DNA from: Candidatus Nanoarchaeia archaeon
GTDB lineage: Archaea > Nanobdellota > Nanobdellia > Pacearchaeales > GW2011-AR1
Direction: 5' to 3'
DNA length: 64,000 nucleotides
Assembly (NCBI GenBank): GCA_049288015.1
Contig: JBAQGX010000001.1
Span: 18,717 to 82,716 of the forward strand
Part shown: piece by piece, positions 43,542 to 52,680 of the stretch
Numbering within the stretch: position 1 is the first letter of the stretch
Layout: each line of letters opens with the position of its first letter
The notes under the pieces: generated by a model
What the model was told of the DNA's origin: nothing
Database searches by the model: none
Seen by the model: the letters and a program-made list of their open reading frames with translations, nothing else
Made by a program: the position numbers and the translations under genes

Positions 43542-44458
43542 CCGGATCCTGGTTCCATTTCCCAGGGATTTCCTCCGCATGCAGGGTCTTCCCACAGACA
43601 GGATATTATTTGGCTCCAGCAACACAGCGCAGGCAGTGCGCATATTGCTCGAGTATTACTCCAAGTATAGCTTGGATACGAAGCTGAAAGGTAAGTTCCA
43701 TCATTATTGCAGTATGCAGTATCTCCCGCAGTAAGGCCAGTGTGACCGAAAGGACAACTAAAACAATCTGATCCTGACCAGCCTTGACAAGTTCCCGAAC
43801 CATCGCAAGCCTTATTTGAGGCGCATGATGTTCCTCTTGCCAGATAAGATGCTCCCGTACATGTTCCATCACATGCAACTGTTCCTGCATTAGTACAACT
43901 ATTTCCTCCACAACTTTGTCCTACATTAGAAACGCAGGGAGAGGTACATACTCCAGAAGAACTACAAGTTTGAGGAGAAGTACATGTTCCACAAGTTCCT
44001 CCGCATCCATCACCCCCACAATTTTTTCCACTGCAACTTGGAGTACAGCAATAAATTCCATCGTTAATTGCTTGTTGCAATGTTTTTCCTGATGTTAAAG
44101 TTATTTCAGTAGCAAGGTGACTAGGGTTTGGAATGCTTGCACTTGTGTAAGTTAATGGATCAGAAGGACTAGGGCAAAGTTTGTCTGTTGATTGTAATGC
44201 GGAAAGAAGAGTCATCTCTCCATCTTTTACTGAGACCCAAATTTGATTTGCATTGTGTCCTGGATTTTGGGTAATCCCCGCCGCATAAGTATGACTTCCA
44301 TCTAGCTCTCCAAGGGTGAGGGAATTCAAGTTTACTGTAGTACCATCAACACTTACAAATGCTTGGTCTGCAGAATGAGTTCCAGAGGCAATAACCAGAG
44401 ATATGCATATTCCCATAGATAATAAGATTAAGGAAGATATTAGCACACTCTTTTTCAT
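43538..44458 (-). CDS. Secreted Cys/Gly/Ser/Thr-rich protein with signal peptide
   Basis: 306 aa; N-terminal signal (MKKSVLISSLILLSMGICISLVIASG), beta-rich N-domain, then CxxC/GxC low-complexity repeats (CSGKNCGGDGCGGTCGTCTSPQTC...) and a Cys/Trp-rich C-terminal module; locally elevated GC. Confidence 0.6.
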   Translation of the reverse strand: MKKSVLISSLILLSMGICISLVIASGTHSADQAFVSVDGTTVNLNSLTLGELDGSHTYAAGITQNPGHNANQIWVSVKDGEMTLLSALQSTDKLCPSPSDPLTYTSASIPNPSHLATEITLTSGKTLQQAINDGIYCCTPSCSGKNCGGDGCGGTCGTCTSPQTCSSSGVCTSPCVSNVGQSCGGNSCTNAGTVACDGTCTGASYLARGTSCASNKACDGSGTCQGWSGSDCFSCPFGHTGLTAGDTAYCNNDGTYLSASYPSYTWSNTRAICALPALCCWSQIISCLWEDPACGGNPWEMEPGSG

Positions 44459-44497
44459 CCTAGCAATAACATATTTCTGTTTTTAAATATTTTTGAT

Positions 44498-45121
44498 TTA
44501 TCCGAGATATCTTACTTTTCCTGGACGAGGTTCAAATATTATTCCTTCTTCTAAGAATTTCTGAATTTCTTGATTTATTATTTCTGCGGAAGTTTCTCTA
44601 TGAGCCATTATTATTTTGTCAACATAAATTCCTCCTTCTTCTTCGGATTTTTTTATGTCTTCTAATATTTTGTCTCTTATTGCTCCCTGCTCTCCCAAAT
44701 TTTGAATTTTTAGTATTGGTGCTAATTTTTCAAGTTCAATTTTTCTTACAAGAAGATATTTTGGATCTTGCAATCTTACAATTTCCGGTGAAATATAAAC
44801 TTCATTATTGAAATTTCTCAAAACCCCAATAACGACTAGAGTTTGTCCCTGACTTAAATTTTCCAATCTATCAATATCATCCCCAAATGCCTTTAGTTTT
44901 ATTTGACCAGACCCATCATCAATAGTAAGAAAAGAATATTTTTTCTCTCCTGTGCTGTCATATTTTTCTATTACATTTCCAATAACATTAACTCTTACAA
45001 TTCTTTTATCTCCAAGTTCCAAGAACATGAATTTGTCTGCTTCCATGATAGGCTTTCCAACTAGCAAATCTCCTATTCTTAATTTGTATGCTATGTTTCT
45101 TTTGAAATCTTGTTGTACCAT
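44498..45121 (-). CDS. OB-fold nucleic-acid-binding protein with C-terminal winged helix (RPA32-like)
   Basis: Start at internal MVQQDF (longer ORF would overlap mcm); OB-fold core (VNVIGNVIEKYDS...YSFLTIDDGSGQIKLKAF) plus C-terminal wH; immediately downstream of mcm. Confidence 0.5.
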   Translation of the reverse strand: MVQQDFKRNIAYKLRIGDLLVGKPIMEADKFMFLELGDKRIVRVNVIGNVIEKYDSTGEKKYSFLTIDDGSGQIKLKAFGDDIDRLENLSQGQTLVVIGVLRNFNNEVYISPEIVRLQDPKYLLVRKIELEKLAPILKIQNLGEQGAIRDKILEDIKKSEEEGGIYVDKIIMAHRETSAEIINQEIQKFLEEGIIFEPRPGKVRYLG

Positions 45122-45122
45122 T

Positions 45123-47168
45123 TTACATCTTCTGGATAAATCCCTGTTTTGGTTTAAATATAATACTGTTCTTTTCCAACTCAACTAGAGCATCTCCAAT
45201 TTCATCTTTACTCATCTTTCCTTCCAATTCTTTTTCTACTTCTTCTAGGGGAATCATCTTTCCTATTTTTCCTTCCAATTCAGAGATTACGTCTCTTACC
45301 GCAAATACTTTGTTTCTTTGTGATGAACTAATTCTATTGCTAATTCTATCAATATCAAATGTTTTTGATTCATAATCATAACCTACTTGCATAAGATAAT
45401 ATTTCATAAGGTCAATTGCCCTTTTTGAATCTTCTTTTGTTGCAACACTGCTTAATCTTAATTTTGCAGAAGCTTCCGACATTCTTATAAGTGCTTCAAG
45501 TTGTCTTGCTGATATTGGGATGGGTCTCATTGCTCCTTCTGATGACACAGGAGTGTTTCTTAATTCAACATAGAATCTTTCTATCTCTTTCATTGCATCT
45601 TGGTTCAACAAAGGTTTTATTTTCTGTCTTGCATATGCTATATATTTTCTAATAATGCTTGTTGGTATAAGTGTTTCTGAAGTTTCACTTTTTGTATGTT
45701 CATACAAAACATGAGCTGCAATTTTTTGATCTTTGTCTCTATCTGGAATGTCTCTTAATGTAAATATAATATCAAATCTATTTATCAATGTTGGAGGGAG
45801 ATCAATTTGTTGTGCAACAGGTTGATAAGGATCAAATCTTCCGAATTTTGGGTTTGCAGCTGCCAGTACAGAAGTTTCACTTCTTAATGTTGCTTGAATA
45901 TTTGCTTTAGATATTGTAATTGTTTGTTGTTCCATCGCCTCGTGCATTGCACTTCTATCTTGTGGATCCATTTTTTCAAGTTCATCTATACAGATAATTC
46001 CCTTGTTTGCAAGGACCATAGCTCCTGCTTCTAGACTCCATCCTCTTAGATATTCATCTCTGACAACAGTAGCGGTCAGTCCTGCACCTGAAGCTGACTT
46101 TCCAACAACATATCTCCCTTTCGGAGAGATATCTGCTATATAACTTAATGTTACTGATTTTGCAACTCCGGGATCACCTATCAGCAAGATGTGGATATCC
46201 CCCCTCTTTTTTTGGCCGTCCGAAAAAATCTTTCTTACCCCTCCAAATAATTGTAGAATTAAGGATTTTTTTATTTCTTCATATCCCCAGACTCCGGGGA
46301 CAATACTTTTTGCAAGATTATCAAATAGATGGGGGTCCTGTGATAGTTCAATTATTTGTCTTTCATCTTCTTCAGAAATATCTAGTTCTTCAAAAGTTTC
46401 TTCCAAAGAGATTATATTATTGGTTTCAATTGCAAGTTCAAATCTTGTTGATACTCCTCCCCCCTGCAATGGAACTGGGACTTCTTTCAAAACTCCTATA
46501 ACCTTAACTCTGCTTCCCGGGGTTGTTTTTTCTTCCATTTTAGGTTCAACTAAATCTTCTTTAACAAAAACATTAATTCTCTTTGGTTGTTCTCCTCCCG
46601 AAAGGGATTCTGGTGTTTCTTCTATTACTAGTCTTTGAGTATCAACCATGTCTTTAGTTAAGAGTTTGAAGCCACCTCTTCTTCCACATGAACATCTCAT
46701 TGGTTCCCTGAATTTTTTCTCAATTTGTAGTACTGAGAGTATAGTTCCGCATGAAGGGCATTCAAATTTTGCATTTACAACCTGGGGACGAACATCAGAA
46801 GACTGTTTTATTATACCTTCAAGAATTATGAGTTCGTCAAGATGTTTTGAACGAAGGTCTCTTATTTTAAGACTTTGTGAATCAGGTAGATTAGTAAGCC
46901 TTACTCTTGGTTTGTTTATCAGGCCAGACTCTTCAATTGCTGTTTCTATAAGGCTTAACGTTTCTTCGGGCATTGCAAGAATTTCATCAGATAATTTGTT
47001 TGAAAATTCGGTTATTTTCATAAAATCAAGAAAAATTACACTGTTTCCCTTTCTTATTGAATCCCCAAGCTCTTTTTTGTAGAAATCAAAGAAATTCTTG
47101 GCTTCAATAATAAGTTCTTCTTTGTTTGACTTTTTTGGCTCTCTTTTTTCTTCTATCTCTTCTTCCAT
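45123..47168 (-). CDS. mcm: MCM replicative helicase
   Basis: 681 aa; N-terminal Zn finger (CPSCG...CSCG), Walker A GDPGVAKS, Walker B CIDELEKM, arginine finger SARQ region. Confidence 0.9.
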   Translation of the reverse strand: MEEEIEEKREPKKSNKEELIIEAKNFFDFYKKELGDSIRKGNSVIFLDFMKITEFSNKLSDEILAMPEETLSLIETAIEESGLINKPRVRLTNLPDSQSLKIRDLRSKHLDELIILEGIIKQSSDVRPQVVNAKFECPSCGTILSVLQIEKKFREPMRCSCGRRGGFKLLTKDMVDTQRLVIEETPESLSGGEQPKRINVFVKEDLVEPKMEEKTTPGSRVKVIGVLKEVPVPLQGGGVSTRFELAIETNNIISLEETFEELDISEEDERQIIELSQDPHLFDNLAKSIVPGVWGYEEIKKSLILQLFGGVRKIFSDGQKKRGDIHILLIGDPGVAKSVTLSYIADISPKGRYVVGKSASGAGLTATVVRDEYLRGWSLEAGAMVLANKGIICIDELEKMDPQDRSAMHEAMEQQTITISKANIQATLRSETSVLAAANPKFGRFDPYQPVAQQIDLPPTLINRFDIIFTLRDIPDRDKDQKIAAHVLYEHTKSETSETLIPTSIIRKYIAYARQKIKPLLNQDAMKEIERFYVELRNTPVSSEGAMRPIPISARQLEALIRMSEASAKLRLSSVATKEDSKRAIDLMKYYLMQVGYDYESKTFDIDRISNRISSSQRNKVFAVRDVISELEGKIGKMIPLEEVEKELEGKMSKDEIGDALVELEKNSIIFKPKQGFIQKM

Positions 47169-47276
47169 GAATAAAGGGCAATATAGATGTTTTTATAATT
47201 TTATATATAGAAATATATCAAAATTTTCCAACTAACAAAGCTTTTAAATAAGTTTTATACTTTATTTAGACAACGT

Positions 47277-47398
47277 GAGCCTATAGCTCAGCCTGGCTAG
47301 AGCACCGCTCTTATATGATTACAGTTCATAGGAATTGTATCTCTCATGGAAGTATCTAAGGGAGGCGGGGGTCCACGGTTCAAATCCGTGTAGGCTCA
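47277..47398 (+). tRNA. Intron-containing tRNA, candidate tRNA-Ile (anticodon UAU), 47-nt intron at 37/38
   Basis: GAGCCTA-TA-GCTC-AGCCTGGCTA-GAGC-A-CCGCT-CTTATA[intron 47316-47362]A-GGCGG-GGGTC-CACGG-TTCAAAT-CCGTG-TAGGCTC-A; U33 and purine 37 conserved, giving UAU if the intron is canonical. Confidence 0.6.
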
Positions 47399-47422
47399 TT
47401 AATACTTAGAAGGAGGTGAAAA

Positions 47423-47899
47423 ATGATAACAGGAAATGAAATAATGGGGATGATGCAAAATTATTTGGGTTCAGTATGGCCTGGAGCTCAGCAATGGGTT
47501 TTTCCAATGATTCTTGCCTTTTCAGCGTTTTTTGCATTGCTTTTTATTGGCCTTTGGATTTATACTTCTATTGCATATTCAGAAATAGCTAGGAAGCTTA
47601 AATATAAAAAATCTTGGTTGGCATGGATTCCATTTGCAAGAAGTGCAATGATACTGCAATTAGGAGATTTTAACTGGGCTTTTGTTTTCTTATGGCTTGT
47701 TCCAATACTTGGATGGATTGCAGTAGGCATATTGTTGCTTATATCTGAGTGGAGAATATTTGAAAAAAGAAAATATTACGGATGGCTTGCACTTACCCCT
47801 TTGGTTGGAGTTATACCTTATCTAATGATTTTTGCGCAAGCAGCTCATTTAGTAATATTGGGATTTATTGCCTGGCAAGACAAGAAACGTAAAAGATAA
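47423..47899 (+). CDS. Hypothetical integral membrane protein (4 TM)
   Basis: 158 aa; strong SD (AGGAGGTGAAAA-ATG); hydrophobic helices; basic C-terminus KKRKR; located between two tRNA genes. Confidence 0.5.
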   Translation: MITGNEIMGMMQNYLGSVWPGAQQWVFPMILAFSAFFALLFIGLWIYTSIAYSEIARKLKYKKSWLAWIPFARSAMILQLGDFNWAFVFLWLVPILGWIAVGILLLISEWRIFEKRKYYGWLALTPLVGVIPYLMIFAQAAHLVILGFIAWQDKKRKR

Positions 47900-47983
47900 T
47901 TTTTTACCTTTTTTTATTTTTATTTTTTAGTTATATTTAAAAAGTTATTAAGGGAGGGTTTGTAAAAGGATAATGTCCTTTAT

Positions 47984-48056
47984 GCCCCGATAGTTCAGAG
48001 GCCAAGAATGCGGCCCTTTCACGGCCGTGACCCGAGTTCGAATCTCGGTCGGGGCA
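47984..48056 (+). tRNA. tRNA-Glu (anticodon UUC)
   Basis: Acceptor GCCCCGA/TCGGGGC, anticodon stem CGGCC/GGCCG, loop CTTTCAC, T-arm CCGAG-TTCGAAT-CTCGG. Confidence 0.85.
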
Positions 48057-48071
48057 CTTTTAAGTGCAATT

Positions 48072-49427
48072 TTATAGATATTTTGTCATATAAAATCCTT
48101 CTAAATGATAACCTAATTTTTTATAGTACTCCCGTACTCCGATACCAGAAATTATTGATATTTTCTTAATATTGTGCTCATTTGTGATCTCTTCTGCTTT
48201 TTCTAGAAGTTTTTTTCCGAGTCCAATATGCTGAGTTGCATTCTTTTCTTTTTCTCCAATTTTAACGGAATGCCCATAAACGTGGAGTTCTCTCACAATA
48301 GCATTTCCATTTGCAATTCTCAATCTTAATAGTCCAAATAAAATATTGTTCTTGTTTACAAATTGAAGAAAGAACTCTTTCCCCTTTGAGGCATTATATT
48401 TTATAATATCTAATCTTACATTTGTATCTTCGTTTTTATTGAAACCAACTTCTCTCATTCTTATTTCTTTTATTTCTTCCTTATTTTTTCTGAAATCATA
48501 TTCAATATCTTTCCTTAGATCTAATTTTTCAATTCCTTCTACCAATTTTTCTTTTGGAAATTCTCTTATTACTCTCATAACTCTGCAATATTCTGGAACT
48601 AATCTCATCATTTTCTCAATAATTGCACGAGTTTGTTGTTCTGTATATGGTTTGAATCCTATTATTTCATGAGTTTTTGCTAAGGGAGAATCTTCGATAA
48701 TCTGGCATGGATAAATTTTCAACTGATCTGGGCGGAAGTCTTCATCATCAAAGACTTTCTTGAATAATTGTAAATCTTTTTCTGGATTACTATATGGAAG
48801 ACCTGGCATTATATGATATCCTACCTTGAAGCCTGCATTTTTCAAGTTTTTTGTTGCTTCTATCACATCTTTTACTTCATGTCCTCTGTTTGTTTTTTTG
48901 TAGATTTCGTCATCAAGAATTTGGACCCCTATTTCAACTCTTGTAACTCCAAATTCCAGCATCCTTCTTATATCTTCCTCGGAACAATGATCTGGTCGAT
49001 TTTCAATACACATTGCAATACATCTATGCTCTGCAGTTTCATTATTCTTTTTTGCAGTTTCAAGGTCTAAGGAGTTTATTCCATTAAGAGCATCGTAGCA
49101 TCTTTTTATGAATTCGTATTCGTAGTCTTTGGGATATTCCAAAAATGTTCCCCCTAAGATTATAATTTCAATCTTTTCAGTAGGATGGCCCATTTTGTTA
49201 AGCACATATAATCTGTTTTTAACCTGGGCATAAGGGTCAAATTGAAGAGCCAAAGCCCTCATTATTGCGGGACTTTTGTTAGTATAACTTTGGGGTACAT
49301 ATTCTCCTCCAGGACAATAAATGCATGTTCCGTGATCACATTTCTTTGGCTTTAGAACAACAGTTAGGGGGGTTACCCCAGACATCGTTCTTACTGGTTT
49401 TCTTAGTGTATTTTCCGTTTTTTGCAT
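48072..49427 (-). CDS. elp3: Elp3-like radical SAM/GNAT tRNA uridine-34 acetyltransferase
   Basis: Start set at MQKTENT (ATG 49427) to avoid overlapping the divergent gene; radical-SAM CxxxxCxYC (CDHGTCIYCPGG), TIM-barrel core, C-terminal GNAT domain. Confidence 0.8.
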   Translation of the reverse strand: MQKTENTLRKPVRTMSGVTPLTVVLKPKKCDHGTCIYCPGGEYVPQSYTNKSPAIMRALALQFDPYAQVKNRLYVLNKMGHPTEKIEIIILGGTFLEYPKDYEYEFIKRCYDALNGINSLDLETAKKNNETAEHRCIAMCIENRPDHCSEEDIRRMLEFGVTRVEIGVQILDDEIYKKTNRGHEVKDVIEATKNLKNAGFKVGYHIMPGLPYSNPEKDLQLFKKVFDDEDFRPDQLKIYPCQIIEDSPLAKTHEIIGFKPYTEQQTRAIIEKMMRLVPEYCRVMRVIREFPKEKLVEGIEKLDLRKDIEYDFRKNKEEIKEIRMREVGFNKNEDTNVRLDIIKYNASKGKEFFLQFVNKNNILFGLLRLRIANGNAIVRELHVYGHSVKIGEKEKNATQHIGLGKKLLEKAEEITNEHNIKKISIISGIGVREYYKKLGYHLEGFYMTKYL

Positions 49428-49466
49428 GAATATAGAGATAAAAAAGTATTTTAAAGAGTTTGCTTT

Positions 49467-49787
49467 TTGAGATTTATGAAGTACAGCAAACTCGTAAGAG
49501 ATAAAATTCCTGAAATAATAAAAGCCAAAGGTCAAGTACCTATTATTCATTATGCTTCAGAGGAAGAATACTGGAAAAGATTAAGAGAAAAACTCACTGA
49601 GGAAGTTGACGAATTTTTAAAAGACGAGAATACAGAAGAACTTGCAGATATTCTAGAAGTTATTGACTCTATATGCGATTTTAAGAAATTTGATAAAAAA
49701 AGTTTATATGAGTTAAAGGAAAAGAAGAAATTCAAAAGAGGCGGTTTTAGCAAGAAGATAATTCTGGAGGAAATTAAAGATGAATAA
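49467..49787 (+). CDS. Small all-alpha NTP pyrophosphohydrolase-like protein (MazG/PRA-PH-like)
   Basis: 106 aa; KLVRDKIPEII...EEY..L..KLTEEVDEF...EELADILEV pattern resembles the MazG-like pyrophosphohydrolase superfamily. Confidence 0.45.
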   Translation: MRFMKYSKLVRDKIPEIIKAKGQVPIIHYASEEEYWKRLREKLTEEVDEFLKDENTEELADILEVIDSICDFKKFDKKSLYELKEKKKFKRGGFSKKIILEEIKDE

Positions 49788-50415
49788 TCCAGATCAGGAA
49801 AAAGTTTGGGACTCAATTTCAGAACCTTGGAAGAATTTTAGAGTTAAGCCTGTGGATGAAGTTTTAAATTTTCTTAAAAATAAAGAAGGTAATATCCTGG
49901 ATTTGGGATGTGGCGCTGGAAGAAATTTTATGAAGGTTAATGGAATAATCTATGGAGTTGACTTTTCTGAGAAAATGCTAAAATTTGCAAAAGAGTACTC
50001 AAACAAAGAAAGATTTAATGTCAAACTGATAAAAGCTCGAACAAATAATTTGCCCTTTAATGATAATTTTTTTGATGCTGCAATTTTTGTGGCTGTTTTG
50101 CATTGTATTCCCCCTAGGGAAAACAGAGAAAAATCTTTGAAGGAATTATTTAGAGTTCTAAAATCTGGTTCAGAAGCTTTGATAACTGTTTGGGATAGAA
50201 ATCAACAAAAGTTTTTTGGATCCAAAAAAGAAGCTATGATTTCATGGAAGTACAATGGAAAGGAATATCTAAGATATTACTATCTTTATGACAAGGGAGA
50301 ACTTACTAAGCTATTAAAAAAAGTCGGTTTTGAGATAGTGAAAATTAACGATTCTGAAAATCCCAATGGCCTTTATTCAAAGAAAAATATCGATGTTATT
50401 GTAAAAAAGCCTTAA
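49780..50415 (+). CDS. Class I SAM-dependent methyltransferase
   Basis: 211 aa; ILDLGCGAGRN (motif I), acidic motif II, NLPF region. Confidence 0.75.
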   Translation: MNNPDQEKVWDSISEPWKNFRVKPVDEVLNFLKNKEGNILDLGCGAGRNFMKVNGIIYGVDFSEKMLKFAKEYSNKERFNVKLIKARTNNLPFNDNFFDAAIFVAVLHCIPPRENREKSLKELFRVLKSGSEALITVWDRNQQKFFGSKKEAMISWKYNGKEYLRYYYLYDKGELTKLLKKVGFEIVKINDSENPNGLYSKKNIDVIVKKP

Positions 50416-50915
50416 TGGTTTTTCTTGAAGACACTAACCATATCGAAGAATGATTTCTTCTGGAAGTCAGTTATTTTATTCTCGTCCAGATTTATTACTA
50501 CTTTTAATAAACCAAACATTGAAAGAAAAACAGTTCCCATTAAGAAATTTTTGTCATCTATTTTTTGCATGGACAATATATATTTTTGTACCCTGTTGTT
50601 AATTCCTTGTTGCCTTATTTTATCCATAATTTTATCTTGAATATCTTCAAAATCTAAATTGAAATTTACTATAATTTTTTCAGGGATTGTTTTATCAAGA
50701 CAGTCTAATATTGTCATTTTACCCTCCCCTTCAATTTCGAAGCTGAATATTTTTTCTTTTCCAGGAACAAAGAAGTCCAGATGTTGCTTATTGTCATTCT
50801 CCTGCTTGTCTATAATAAAAAATCCAGAACATAAGTAAGCGGTAGGGTTTTCTTTTATAAATTGCAGGAAATCTTTTGATTTTTTAAGTTGTTCCAAGTA
50901 ATATTGTATATTCAT
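50412..50915 (-). CDS. Hypothetical protein
   Basis: 167 aa, no recognisable motif; 4-nt overlap with upstream thrS suggests co-transcription. Confidence 0.4.
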   Translation of the reverse strand: MNIQYYLEQLKKSKDFLQFIKENPTAYLCSGFFIIDKQENDNKQHLDFFVPGKEKIFSFEIEGEGKMTILDCLDKTIPEKIIVNFNLDFEDIQDKIMDKIRQQGINNRVQKYILSMQKIDDKNFLMGTVFLSMFGLLKVVINLDENKITDFQKKSFFDMVSVFKKNH

Positions 50916-52606
50916 TTTCTTTCTTTAATTTCTTCTTCTGTTCTAGAAATAAAATCCCCAATTTTAAAGTTTTGTATCTTAGAATCTCCTCTTATTCTTG
51001 CTGCTATTGTTTTATCTTTTTCTTCTTTATCTCCCACAACAATAACATATGGAACTCTCATAATTTCTGCATCTTTTACCTTTGCAGATATTGTTGTTGA
51101 TCTAAAATCTGCATCTAATCTTATGTTTGGAAGTTTATTACCTATTTCTTGGACTATTTTTTTTGCATATTCCACATTTCTATCTGTAAATGATAAAACT
51201 CTTACTTGAACAGGAGCAAGCCAAGTAGGTAGTCTTCCATTCAGATGTTCAATGAGAATTCCAATAAATCTTTCTAAACTTCCATAGATAGTTCTATGTA
51301 ACATGATAGGTCGTTTCTTTGAATTATCTCTGTCTGTGTACTCCAGTTCAAATCTTTCCGGCATAGAAAAATCAAGTTGAATTGTTCCACATTGCCAAGT
51401 TCTCCCAAGAGAATCTTTTAAGTGGAAATCAATTTTTGGCCCATAGAAAGCTCCATCTCCTGGATTTAATTTGTAGGGTATTTTTCTCTTTTTCAAAACA
51501 TTTTCTAGAATATTTTCTGCCTTGTCCCATATAGCATCACTCCCAATTCTTTTTTCGGGACGTGTTGAAAGTTCAACAGCATATTTAAATCCAAATTTAG
51601 AATAAACAAGTTCATCCAATTCAATTATTTTTGCTATTTCATCTTCAACTTGTTTTTCTTCGCAGAAGATGTGTGCATCATCCTGAGTGAATTGGATTAC
51701 TCTAAATAATCCACCTAAAACTCCTGAAAGCTCTTGTCTGTGAACAATTCCTAATTCAGCTACTCTCAATGGAAATTCTTTGTAACTTTTTGGACGGGAT
51801 TTGTATACAAGCATTCCTCCCGGGCAATTCATTGGTTTTACTGCATATTGTTTTTTTTCATATTCAGTTAAGAAAATATTATCCTTGTATTTTTCCCAGT
51901 GTCCAGAAATTTGCCAAAGTTTTTTGTCTAGAATCTGTGGGGTTTGAATTTCCTGGTACTCTGCTTCTCTGTGAATTTCTCTCCAAAAACTTATTAATTC
52001 ATTTCTTATAATCAACCCATTATTGTGCCAGAATACCATCCCTGGAGCAACTTCACTGAAACTATATAGATCCATTTCATTTCCTATAATTCTATGATCA
52101 TTATCTTTTAATTTGGAACTATCCAATTTCGGTTTTGAGATTTCCCTTAAAAGTTGTTTTGGATCGTATTGTTCAATTGTTTCTGTTTTTGATCTTAATT
52201 CTCTGCTTAATTCTGATAAAGGATGCCCTTTGACTTTAAGTTCGAATTCCTTATAATACCCGAATGGGGCCCGGATAACTTCAAAACCTCTTTTCTTTAA
52301 TTCTTCCTCAGAATCCTTAAGTATTTTAATTGCTACACTTGGGGCAGATAAGTTTGAAGATAGGTGAGCATATGGATATAGGACAATCTTCTTAGCATTA
52401 ACCTGCTTAGCAATTTCTTCTATATTATTTGTATAGTCTTTTACAATTTCTTGGTTGTCTTCTTTCTCAACTGCGGTTAGAATAACAAGTGCTTCTTTTA
52501 CTGTTTTCTCTTCCTTTTCCTTTTCAGAAAGGGGTTCCACATCTTTTAGTGCCTTTTTAAGTGGTTTGAACTTTATATAATCACAATGAAGGCTCAAAAA
52601 TTTCAT
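50912..52606 (-). CDS. thrS: Threonyl-tRNA synthetase (archaeal type with DTD-like N-terminal editing domain)
   Basis: 564 aa; FRVIQFTQDDAHIF, TIQLDFSMPERF, HRTIYGSLERFIGILIEH class II motifs; N-terminal archaeal editing domain; C-terminal anticodon-binding domain. Confidence 0.9.
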   Translation of the reverse strand: MKFLSLHCDYIKFKPLKKALKDVEPLSEKEKEEKTVKEALVILTAVEKEDNQEIVKDYTNNIEEIAKQVNAKKIVLYPYAHLSSNLSAPSVAIKILKDSEEELKKRGFEVIRAPFGYYKEFELKVKGHPLSELSRELRSKTETIEQYDPKQLLREISKPKLDSSKLKDNDHRIIGNEMDLYSFSEVAPGMVFWHNNGLIIRNELISFWREIHREAEYQEIQTPQILDKKLWQISGHWEKYKDNIFLTEYEKKQYAVKPMNCPGGMLVYKSRPKSYKEFPLRVAELGIVHRQELSGVLGGLFRVIQFTQDDAHIFCEEKQVEDEIAKIIELDELVYSKFGFKYAVELSTRPEKRIGSDAIWDKAENILENVLKKRKIPYKLNPGDGAFYGPKIDFHLKDSLGRTWQCGTIQLDFSMPERFELEYTDRDNSKKRPIMLHRTIYGSLERFIGILIEHLNGRLPTWLAPVQVRVLSFTDRNVEYAKKIVQEIGNKLPNIRLDADFRSTTISAKVKDAEIMRVPYVIVVGDKEEKDKTIAARIRGDSKIQNFKIGDFISRTEEEIKERK

Positions 52607-52680
52607 GTTTAGGGTAAAGTTGGCAAGTTTATAAAATTAATTAGGATGAATTTAATCGAAACATTTAAAAGTATTTTTTT

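Noticed and set aside
43606-43911. 101-aa minus-strand ORF in alternative frame within the Cys-rich secreted protein gene
   Set aside because: Same strand, different frame of a GC-rich region; the 306-aa frame has a signal peptide and coherent domain structure, the alternative does not.
43538-44458. Interpreting the elevated GC of this gene as proof of a horizontally acquired island
   Set aside because: Much of the GC excess is explained by Cys (TGC/TGT), Gly (GGN), Ser/Thr/Ala codons; without codon-position statistics this cannot be separated from amino-acid composition, so reported only as a possibility.
46148-47082. Three plus-strand ORFs (117, 149, 144 aa)
   Set aside because: All antisense to mcm, whose Walker A/B and Zn-finger motifs make the minus-strand assignment secure.
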